Source: Clostridia bacterium
Lineage (GTDB): Bacteria; Bacillota; Clostridia; UBA1381
Length of the DNA: 24,000 nucleotides
Assembly (NCBI GenBank): GCA_045128915.1
Contig: JBGVIT010000006.1
Location: 81,302-105,301 of the forward strand
Reading direction: 5' to 3'
Shown: piece after piece, positions 15,110 to 22,854 of the stretch
How positions within the stretch are numbered: the first letter of the stretch is position 1
Layout: each line of letters begins with the position of its first letter
Notes under the pieces: model-generated
What the model saw: only the letters and a program-made list of their open reading frames with translations
Databases searched by the model: none
Told to the model about the DNA's origin: nothing
Position numbers and translations under genes: made by a program

Positions 15110-17128
15110 TCAGCTTATATCAAGCATATCCATATATGCATAACCGTTTTCTGCAATATAGTCTTTTCTTTCCTGAAGCTTATCGCCAAGAAGAATATCA
15201 AACATAAGCGCAGTTTTTTCTACGTTTTCAGGTGTTACACGGATGAGTCGTCTTGTTGCCGGGTGCATGGTTGTAAGACTCATCATGTCTGGCTGGTTTT
15301 CACCAAGACCTTTTGAACGCTTGATTTCATACTCGTCCTTTTCTCTTGAAAGACCTTCTTCTTCAAGCTTTGCAACAATGGCATCCTTTTCTGCGTCGGT
15401 ATATGCAAACTTCTTTTCTCCCTTGCGCTTTGTCTTAAGGATAGATATTTCATACAGCGGAGATTCTGCAATATATACCTTTCCTGCATCAATCAAAGAG
15501 GGAGTAAGGCGGTAAATCATTGTCAGAACAAGAGTTCGTATCTGGAAACCGTCAACATCTGCGTCGGTACATATTATAACCTTGTCCCATCTCAGATTAT
15601 CCATGCTGAAGCTGTCAACTTTGGTGTTGTGCTTTGACTTGATTTCCACACCGCAGCCCAGAACTTTTAGTAAATCAACGATTATATCGCTTTTGAATAT
15701 TTTCGGATAGTCAGCCTTAAGGCAGTTGAGGATTTTGCCTCTGATTGGCATAATAGCCTGAAACATGGGATCTCTCGCTTGTTTACATGAACCGAGCGCT
15801 GAATCACCCTCAACGATATAAATTTCTCTTTTTGTTTTATCTTTAGTACGGCAGTCAACAAACTTTTCTACTCTGTTTGTAACGTCCATTGTGCCGGTAA
15901 GCTTTTTCTTAATATCAATTCGTGCTTTTTCCGCATTTTCACGGCTTCGCTTGTTAACCAATACCTGATTTGCGATTTTTTCTGCGTCTATCTTATTTTC
16001 AATAAAATAGATTTCAAGCTGCGTTTTTATAAATTCACTCATAGCCTCCTGAATGAATTTGTTATTGATAGCTTTCTTGGTCTGGTTTTCATAGCTTGTC
16101 TGGGTTGAGAATGAATTTATTACCAGCGCAAGACAGTCGCTTACATCATTAAAGCTTATTTTTGACTCGTTTTTGTTATATTTGTTGTTTGTTCTCAGAT
16201 ATTTATCAATAGCATTGGTAAAGGCGGTTCTCACCGCTTTATCAGGTGAGCCGCCATGCTCAAGCCAGCTGGAGTTGTGATAATATTCCAGAGTATTTAC
16301 TGTGTTTGAAAAGCAGAATACTATCTGCATTTTAACCTTGTAGTCAGCCATGTCCTCTCTGTCGCGGCCTTTTCTTTCACATTCCCAATTCTGTATATCA
16401 GTAAATGACTGCTCGTCAGTTTTTTCGCGGAGATAATCAACAATACCGCTTTCGTAGAAATATTCGTACATTTCCATGCCGTCAGTAGTTTCGTTGTAGA
16501 ATATGAATTTAAGACCGGCATTTACCATAGCCTGCTTTTCGAGAGTATCTTTATAGAATTCCACAGGAATTGCAATGTCTGTAAATACGTCAAGGTCAGG
16601 CTTCCAGCGCTGAACAGTTCCCGTCTGAACACTTCTTGTAGGCTCTTTTGTGAGTCCGCCTATGTTTTCGCCTTTTTCAAAGTGAAGAGTATATTTTGTT
16701 TTATCTCTCACTACCGTAACGTCCATGTACTCAGAACTATACTGAGTTGCACACGCACCAAGTCCGTTAAGACCAAGACTGTACTCGTACATTCCGTCTG
16801 AGTTATTATTATATTTTCCGCCTGCATACAGTTCGCAGAATACAAGCTCCCAATTAAACTTGCCTTCTTTTTCGTTGTAATCTACGGGTATTCCACGCCC
16901 ATGGTCGCGAATTTCAATAGAGTTATCGAGAAATCTTGTAATCTCAATAACATTTCCGTAGCCTTCGCGGGCTTCGTCGATAGAGTTTGACAAAATTTCA
17001 AAAAACGAATGCTGACATCCCTCAAGACCGTCAGAGCCGAATATAACCGCCGGACGTTTTCTTACTCTGTCCGCACCTTTAAGGCTGGTTATACTCTCGT
17101 TATCATAGGTTTTTTTCTTACCTGCCAT
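15110..17128 (-). CDS. parE: Type IIA DNA topoisomerase subunit B, topoisomerase IV ParE-like
   Basis: GHKL ATPase N-box (ILSNSIDEA), Toprim EGDSA, PIRGKILN, DADVDGFQIRTL. 672 aa. Located 20 nt upstream of the A subunit. Confidence 0.8.
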   Translation of the reverse strand: MAGKKKTYDNESITSLKGADRVRKRPAVIFGSDGLEGCQHSFFEILSNSIDEAREGYGNVIEITRFLDNSIEIRDHGRGIPVDYNEKEGKFNWELVFCELYAGGKYNNNSDGMYEYSLGLNGLGACATQYSSEYMDVTVVRDKTKYTLHFEKGENIGGLTKEPTRSVQTGTVQRWKPDLDVFTDIAIPVEFYKDTLEKQAMVNAGLKFIFYNETTDGMEMYEYFYESGIVDYLREKTDEQSFTDIQNWECERKGRDREDMADYKVKMQIVFCFSNTVNTLEYYHNSSWLEHGGSPDKAVRTAFTNAIDKYLRTNNKYNKNESKISFNDVSDCLALVINSFSTQTSYENQTKKAINNKFIQEAMSEFIKTQLEIYFIENKIDAEKIANQVLVNKRSRENAEKARIDIKKKLTGTMDVTNRVEKFVDCRTKDKTKREIYIVEGDSALGSCKQARDPMFQAIMPIRGKILNCLKADYPKIFKSDIIVDLLKVLGCGVEIKSKHNTKVDSFSMDNLRWDKVIICTDADVDGFQIRTLVLTMIYRLTPSLIDAGKVYIAESPLYEISILKTKRKGEKKFAYTDAEKDAIVAKLEEEGLSREKDEYEIKRSKGLGENQPDMMSLTTMHPATRRLIRVTPENVEKTALMFDILLGDKLQERKDYIAENGYAYMDMLDIS

Positions 17129-17218
17129 TTAATATATCAAATCCTTTCAGAACTGTTTTAAAATCACGGTTTAAAAAGCCGAATATACGCTGAAACACTT
17201 TGAACAAAAACCATTTCT

Positions 17219-17248
17219 ATTATACACCATTTTATGTATGTTTGTCAA
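17219..17248 (-). promoter_or_regulatory. Sigma-A promoter for the parE-parC-gltA-tagA block
   Basis: On the minus strand: TTGACA (17248-17243), 18-nt spacer, TATAAT (17224-19) preceded by TG. It lies ~90 nt upstream of the parE ATG. Confidence 0.6.
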
Positions 17249-17265
17249 ATTTTAAAACTTTACTA

Positions 17266-17294
17266 TTGTGTTACAAATTAAATTGTGATATACT
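17266..17294 (+). promoter_or_regulatory. Candidate promoter for the YkgJ-like / VanW gene pair
   Basis: Weak -35 TTGTGT (17266-17271), 17-nt spacer, extended -10 TGaTATACT (17286-17294). The 12-mer is identical to the one at 2244-2255. Confidence 0.45.
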
Positions 17295-17330
17295 ATTAAC
17301 ATGGTTTTAATGATATGGAGGATAATTTTT

Positions 17331-17858
17331 ATGAATACCGCATATGTATATTTACAGCTGTATAAATTATTTGATGATATAACACCCATAAAAGCCGATT
17401 GCGGTAAGCTTTGTAACTGTGCTTGCTGCAAGGGCGATGACTCGGGGATGTATCTTTTCCCCGGCGAAAAAAAAGTATATGAATTGCTTAATCCTTCATG
17501 GATAAGGATTGAACAGTCTGATTTTTATTATACCTGCGAAGGTAAAAAAAGAAACGTACCCATTGCCATGTGCAATGGCAAGTGCGACAGATTTCAGCGT
17601 CCTCTTGCGTGCAGGATTTTTCCGTTAACTCCGTATCTTGAAAACGGAGAACTGAAAATAATTACCGATCCGCGTGCAAAATCAGTTTGTCCTATGGCGA
17701 AGGTTATGAAAAAGGATGAATATTCTCCTGAATTTGTGCGTAATGTAGAGAGAACGTTTAAGCTTCTTATGAAGAACAAAGTATTCAGAGATTTTATGAA
17801 CTCATATTCGGAGTATTTGTCCGAATACCTTAGATTTTTTCCGGACTCACATAACTGA
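17331..17858 (+). CDS. Cys-rich protein, YkgJ/UPF0153-like putative zinc- or iron-chelating domain
   Basis: The N-terminal cluster CGKLCNCACC plus later Cys (CNGKCDRFQRPLACRIFP) resemble the CxxCxGxCC-type family. ATG 17331 has a GGAGG RBS at 17317-17321; the track's ATG at 17301 has none. Confidence 0.5.
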   Translation: MNTAYVYLQLYKLFDDITPIKADCGKLCNCACCKGDDSGMYLFPGEKKVYELLNPSWIRIEQSDFYYTCEGKKRNVPIAMCNGKCDRFQRPLACRIFPLTPYLENGELKIITDPRAKSVCPMAKVMKKDEYSPEFVRNVERTFKLLMKNKVFRDFMNSYSEYLSEYLRFFPDSHN

Positions 17859-17876
17859 TAAAAGGAAGGTTTACCA

Positions 17877-19697
17877 ATGAGCAACGAATTAGAAAACAAA
17901 GGAAATATCTCAGAGAATAATGACATTGATGATTTCAGCGGATTTGAACAGAGATATAACAAATCAGAGCCTGAACAGCAGGTGCAGGAGGTGTCAGCAC
18001 AGATGAATAATAATGATGCCGCCGCGTCTGTTAACAAAAAGAGAATACTTACTGTTATTATTTCGGCAGTTGCTGTAATAGTTCTTCTTGCAGGCGGAGT
18101 TTTTGTTTATGGTGCGACACTTCCAGAAGATAAAGTTATCGGCGGTGTTAAAGTAGGCGGAGTGGATATAGGCGGACTTTCAATTTCCCAAGCCTGCGAG
18201 AAAATCGAAAAGGCACCGTCTGTTATAAACAGTGAAGTTATAATTAACGCAAACGGTAGAAAATATATAATACTTCCTGAAGAAGTAGAAGTTAAGCTTG
18301 ATATTAATGCTACAGCTAAAAAGGCATTTGATATTGCCAAAAGCGGCAATGCTTTTATGAATGGAATATCTGCGCTGAAACTGAAGCTTTCAGGAAACAA
18401 TCTTATGCCGGTTATCACATACGATGTTGAAAAATTTGCCGCAAGAATTAATGAAATCGGATTATTGGCGGTTGGCTCGGTTCTTAAGGAACATTCTATA
18501 CGCATCGATGAAAACGGGAAAGCGTTTGTTGTGCCGGGAGTTTCCGGATATAATAATGATCCTTCAAGGGTTATGAGTCAGATTGACAGAGCGCTTGTGG
18601 AAACAGATTCAAAAAATATAGACGTTGATTTTGAAATAACATCTCCTGCAGCTATGACAATAGACCTGCTTGACAGCTTAATGTATTCAGAGCCTATGAA
18701 TGCATCCTTTGCTCTTGAAAACGGTCAGGTGGTTGTAGTACCGGCTCAGGACGGAAGATATATTGATAAAAATGCCTGCAAGCATCTGGTTTCTCAGGTT
18801 AAGGAAGGCGGACCGGAAATCGAAGTGCCGTACATGACTACTCCGGCTCAGCTGGATAGCGAGGCAATGAAAGCAAAGCTTTTTAATGGAAAGCTTGCAT
18901 CATATACCACACGATATGCCGCAGGCGGAAATCGTGGCTCAAATGTTGCAAACGCTGCAAGAAAAATCAACGGAAAAATTCTTATGCCGGGCGATACATT
19001 TTCATTTAACGAAACTGTGGGCAGAAGAACTGTTGCAAACGGTTTTAAAACTGCGCCTGAATATCAGAACGGTCAGACTGTTGACGGAATAGGCGGCGGA
19101 ACCTGTCAGGTAAGTACAACAGTATATTCAGCAGCACTTTATGCGGATTTGAAAATTGATAAAAGAACAAATCACTCTATGAGTGTTTCGTATGTTCCCT
19201 TAGGTCAGGATGCAACCGTAACCGATGGTGGTCTGGACCTTAAGTTTACAAATAATACGGAGTATCCTGTAAAAATCGAAGCTGTTACCGGCGGCGGTAA
19301 AATAACTGTTACTATAATCGGAACAACTCCTGATATTCCAAAGACAGTTAAGATTTCTCACAAACCCGTTTCTGTGGCTGTGGGAAGTGCAGTAAAGACT
19401 ATACGATATGTATATGACGAAAACGGAAATGTAATAAAAGAAGAAGATATGGGAGTAAGCAGATACAAGCCACACTCCGAGCCTGAAACCACAACATCTG
19501 CCGCGACTTCGGCGCCTTCAGCTCAGCCTGACGAAACATCTGCTCCGACGGCTACACAGAGTGTTCAGGGCGAGGAAACTGTTGCTCCCACAAAAGCACC
19601 TGAAGTAACTCAGGCTCCTGTAAATACTCCGTCTCCCACAAAGGCTCCGGAAGCGCCTTCGGACAAGACACCGGTGAAATCCGAGTCGGAAGAATAA
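17877..19697 (+). CDS. Membrane-anchored VanW-domain protein (YoaR-like; putative peptidoglycan LD-transpeptidase class) with a Pro/Thr/Ala/Ser-rich C-terminal tail
   Basis: A single TM segment (ILTVIISAVAVIVLLAGGVFVY) follows an acidic N-terminus. VanW core motifs are present (GDTFSFNETVG, GGGTCQVSTTVYSAA, GQDATV). The low-complexity tail from ~19476 has imperfect APTKAPE/SPTKAPE repeats. Confidence 0.85.
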   Translation: MSNELENKGNISENNDIDDFSGFEQRYNKSEPEQQVQEVSAQMNNNDAAASVNKKRILTVIISAVAVIVLLAGGVFVYGATLPEDKVIGGVKVGGVDIGGLSISQACEKIEKAPSVINSEVIINANGRKYIILPEEVEVKLDINATAKKAFDIAKSGNAFMNGISALKLKLSGNNLMPVITYDVEKFAARINEIGLLAVGSVLKEHSIRIDENGKAFVVPGVSGYNNDPSRVMSQIDRALVETDSKNIDVDFEITSPAAMTIDLLDSLMYSEPMNASFALENGQVVVVPAQDGRYIDKNACKHLVSQVKEGGPEIEVPYMTTPAQLDSEAMKAKLFNGKLASYTTRYAAGGNRGSNVANAARKINGKILMPGDTFSFNETVGRRTVANGFKTAPEYQNGQTVDGIGGGTCQVSTTVYSAALYADLKIDKRTNHSMSVSYVPLGQDATVTDGGLDLKFTNNTEYPVKIEAVTGGGKITVTIIGTTPDIPKTVKISHKPVSVAVGSAVKTIRYVYDENGNVIKEEDMGVSRYKPHSEPETTTSAATSAPSAQPDETSAPTATQSVQGEETVAPTKAPEVTQAPVNTPSPTKAPEAPSDKTPVKSESEE

Positions 19698-19704
19698 ATA
19701 TCAT

Positions 19705-19742
19705 AAGAGGTTGTTGACATTAGTGCAGACAACCTCTTTTTC
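19705..19742 (+). terminator. Hairpin terminator (possibly leaky) after the VanW gene
   Basis: 10-bp stem AAGAGGTTGT (19705-19714) / ACAACCTCTT (19729-19738), a 14-nt loop, and a short T-run (19737-19741) interrupted by C. Confidence 0.6.
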
Positions 19743-19758
19743 AAAAAACGGTGAAACT

Positions 19759-20037
19759 ATGATTGATAACAAAAGCATAGAAAGATTATTTGAAATCAGC
19801 AAATTATCCTTAACCTCGGGGGAGGCTGAAAGGTTCAGCGAAAGCCTTAAAGGTCTTGTATCTGTGACAGACGAAATTCTTTGTTTCAATACAGATGCAA
19901 TGCCTTATTGTGATGCTGAAAAGAAATCCTCTGAGCTTCGACAAGACTATGAAAGTTCCGATGATAAATCCGTATCAGTCAAAGAGTTTTATGTTCCTGC
20001 CATAATAGAACGGGGGGAGGATAAATATGACGATTAA
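19759..20037 (+). CDS. gatC: Asp-tRNA(Asn)/Glu-tRNA(Gln) amidotransferase subunit C
   Basis: 92 aa. MIDNKSIERLFEISKLSLTSGEAERF is a typical GatC N-terminus. It overlaps gatA. The track's TTG at 19711 would run through the terminator hairpin, so ATG 19759 is preferred. Confidence 0.82.
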   Translation: MIDNKSIERLFEISKLSLTSGEAERFSESLKGLVSVTDEILCFNTDAMPYCDAEKKSSELRQDYESSDDKSVSVKEFYVPAIIERGEDKYDD

Positions 20038-21433
20038 GAGTCTTAGAAAAGCACTTGATAACAAGGAAATAGGTTGTGTGGAGCTTACCTTGGATTATCT
20101 TTCCAAAATCAGCAAGGATGACTGTAATTGCTTTATAACGGTTTGTGAAGAAAAAGCAATAAAGAGCGCTGAAATTGCCCAGAAAATAATCAATTCGGGC
20201 AATTCACAAGCCATGACAGGAATACCTTTGGCTGTAAAGGACAATATCTGTACAAAAAGTATAAAAACAACCTGCGCATCAAAAATGCTTTCAGATTTTG
20301 TTCCCATGTATAATGCAGAAGCCGTTGAAAAGCTTTTAAATCAAGGTGCGGTTATTTTGGGTAAAACTAATATGGATGAGTTTGGCATGGGAAACACTTC
20401 ATCAACTTCTGTGTTTGGCGGAGTGAAAAATCCGGTTGATAAAAGCTATGTTGCAGGCGGTTCGTCAGGCGGCTCTGCGGCTGCTGTGGCGAAAAACCTT
20501 TGCGCATCTGCACTTGGAAGCGATACGGGAGGCTCGGTTAGACAGCCTGCGTCTTGGTGCGGCGTTGTAGGACTTAAGCCGACTTATGGCAGAGTTTCAA
20601 GATACGGACTTATATCATATGCTTCATCCCTTGAGCAAATTGGTGTTATTTCAAGATACGCAGAAGATGCAGGATATGTACTAAGCTGCGTATGCGCAAC
20701 GGATAAAAAAGATATGACGTGCCGGTATGAAGGGGAGGATTTTACAAGGCTTTGCGGAAAAGAAATCAAAGGCTTAAAAATTGCCTTGCTTGATGAATTC
20801 ATCAAGCTTTGTACTCCTGAAACTGCGGCGCTTATAGATGAAGCGGCAAAGGTTTATGAAAGCATGGGCGCAGAGCTTGTGCATTGCTCCATGCCCTCAT
20901 TAAAATTCGCAGTGAGTGGATATTATATTATTTCATCTGCCGAGGCGGCAAGCAATCTTGCAAGATTTGACGGTGTAAGATATGGTTGTGCCGTAAATAA
21001 TACGGAAATCTATGACGAGCTGATAAAAGCATCGAGAACTGAGGGCTTTGGAGATGAGGTCAAAAAAAGAATTCTTCTTGGAAACTATGTACTCACAGCG
21101 CAGGGGTATAATAAATACTACCATAAGGCGCTGAAAATGAGAAACCTTATAAAAAATGAATATAAAAGCATATTTGAAAAGTGCAGCTGTGTACTCGGTC
21201 CTGTAACTCCGTCAGGAGCAGTTTTAGAAGGTGCGCAAATCGGAGATGCATCATATTACGAAAGTGATGTGTTTACGGTCTGTGCCAATTTAGCCGGGCT
21301 TCCCTCAGTTTCTGTGCCGTGTGGGAATTACAAAAACGGTATGCCTGCAGGTATGTGCATTACCGGACCTGAACTTTCGGAAAGTCTGTTAATTTCATTG
21401 GCAGATGCTTATGAAAGGGGATGTGGCATATGA
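20027..21433 (+). CDS. gatA: Asp-tRNA(Asn)/Glu-tRNA(Gln) amidotransferase subunit A
   Basis: Amidase signature GGSSGGSAAAVA, SDTGGSVRQPA and the KDN catalytic Lys region. Strong GGGGGGAGGA RBS at 20011-20020. Confidence 0.95.
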   Translation: MTIKSLRKALDNKEIGCVELTLDYLSKISKDDCNCFITVCEEKAIKSAEIAQKIINSGNSQAMTGIPLAVKDNICTKSIKTTCASKMLSDFVPMYNAEAVEKLLNQGAVILGKTNMDEFGMGNTSSTSVFGGVKNPVDKSYVAGGSSGGSAAAVAKNLCASALGSDTGGSVRQPASWCGVVGLKPTYGRVSRYGLISYASSLEQIGVISRYAEDAGYVLSCVCATDKKDMTCRYEGEDFTRLCGKEIKGLKIALLDEFIKLCTPETAALIDEAAKVYESMGAELVHCSMPSLKFAVSGYYIISSAEAASNLARFDGVRYGCAVNNTEIYDELIKASRTEGFGDEVKKRILLGNYVLTAQGYNKYYHKALKMRNLIKNEYKSIFEKCSCVLGPVTPSGAVLEGAQIGDASYYESDVFTVCANLAGLPSVSVPCGNYKNGMPAGMCITGPELSESLLISLADAYERGCGI

Positions 21434-22842
21434 AATACGTTGCTTGCATAGGTCTTGAAATCCATGCGGAGCTTAAAACAGATACTAAGCTTTTCTGCGG
21501 CTGTGAAAATAGCTTTGGCGGCGAGCCAAACACACGCATATGCGCTGTGTGTTCCGGATTTCCCGGCGCAATCGGAGTTCTTAACAAAAACGCTCTTTTC
21601 CTTGCAGTTAGTTCAGGACTTGCATTAGACTGCAGAATAAACAATTACTCTGCTTTTGACAGAAAGAATTATTTCTATCCCGACCTGCCAAAAGGATACC
21701 AGATAACGCAGCAAAGATACCCCATTTGTCAGGATGGCTTTGTGCAGATAAACGACAGAAAAATCCGAATAAACAACATCCATCTTGAAGAAGATGCGGG
21801 AAAGCTTATACATGGCAAAGACATAACATTAATAGACTTCAACCGATGCGGTGTACCCTTGATTGAAATAGTAACTGAACCTGATATTACATCTGCTGAT
21901 GAGGCGGTAAGCTTTGTGGAAGAAATATGTCTCAGGTTGAAATACGCCGGTGTATGTGACGGAAAAATGGAGCAAGGCTCTCTGAGAGTTGATGTAAATG
22001 TTTCTGTTGCCCCTGAGAATGGTGAAGTGCCGGGAACAAGATGCGAGATTAAGAATTTAAGTTCTTTTAAATCTGTCAAAAAAGCTATCGAGTACGAGAT
22101 AACACGTCAGACAGAAGTTCTTTTTAGTGGTGATAAAATAGTTTTTGAAACAAGGCGATTTGATGAAAATTCCGGCAGAACATATTCGATGCGAGTGAAA
22201 GAAGATATTGTTGATTACAGATATTTTCCGGAGCCCGATATTACACCTGTATATGTGACTGATGAAGAAATTGAGATGCTGAGGGACGCACTTCCTGAAC
22301 GTCCGGATAAAAGATTTAAAAGGTATGTAAATGAATATAAGCTTACAAGCGAGGAAGCAGGGATAATTGTTTCAAACCCTGAGCTTTCGGAGTATTATGA
22401 TAGCTTGTGTTCAGGCTGTAATAGCTTTAAAAAGCTTGCAAATCTTTTGCTGGTTGGACTTGGCAGACTGTTTAACGAGCGAGGGGGAAGTGTTAAAGAG
22501 TTGCCGTTTGAGCCTGAGGATATAATGTGTATTGCAAATATGTGGCAAGACGGAAAAATCAACTCATCGTGCGCTATGGAGCTTTTGGAAATGCTGTATT
22601 CGGGCAATAAAAATCCATACAAGCTTGCGATGGATAATAATATGATAATAACCTATGATGCCGACAAAGCGGAAGAGGAAATCAACAAAATACTATCTTT
22701 GAATCAAGAGGCGGTTTGTGATTATAAATCAGGAAACAAGCGTGCTTTCGGATTTTTAATGGGGCAAGCTGTAAAGGCTTTAGGAAAAAGTACCGATACG
22801 GCGGCTTTAAAAGAACTGCTTGAGAAAAAATTAAACGATTAG
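21430..22842 (+). CDS. gatB: Asp-tRNA(Asn)/Glu-tRNA(Gln) amidotransferase subunit B
   Basis: IGLEIHAELKTDTKLFC, NRCGVPLIEIVTEPD, C-terminal YqeY-like tail. ATG 21430 overlaps the gatA stop (ATGA) and lies 9 nt after GAAAGGGG. Confidence 0.95.
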   Translation: MKYVACIGLEIHAELKTDTKLFCGCENSFGGEPNTRICAVCSGFPGAIGVLNKNALFLAVSSGLALDCRINNYSAFDRKNYFYPDLPKGYQITQQRYPICQDGFVQINDRKIRINNIHLEEDAGKLIHGKDITLIDFNRCGVPLIEIVTEPDITSADEAVSFVEEICLRLKYAGVCDGKMEQGSLRVDVNVSVAPENGEVPGTRCEIKNLSSFKSVKKAIEYEITRQTEVLFSGDKIVFETRRFDENSGRTYSMRVKEDIVDYRYFPEPDITPVYVTDEEIEMLRDALPERPDKRFKRYVNEYKLTSEEAGIIVSNPELSEYYDSLCSGCNSFKKLANLLLVGLGRLFNERGGSVKELPFEPEDIMCIANMWQDGKINSSCAMELLEMLYSGNKNPYKLAMDNNMIITYDADKAEEEINKILSLNQEAVCDYKSGNKRAFGFLMGQAVKALGKSTDTAALKELLEKKLND

Positions 22843-22854
22843 TGAGGAATTTTT

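Noticed and set aside
12879-17128. Calling this pair DNA gyrase (gyrB-gyrA).
   Set aside because: The A subunit is short (736 aa) and I see no GyrA-box heptapeptide in the C-terminal domain, which favours topoisomerase IV. The call remains provisional without genome-wide context.
19711-19758. Track-predicted longer gatC start (TTG 19711). Similar N-terminal extensions occur at 7830 (gamma subunit), 17301 (YkgJ-like), 21421 (gatB), 12872 (citrate synthase), 11474 (tagA) and 6024 (alpha subunit).
   Set aside because: Each extension lacks a properly spaced Shine-Dalgarno sequence, runs through a terminator hairpin or the upstream gene, and adds residues not typical of the family N-terminus. In every case an internal ATG with a good RBS is available.
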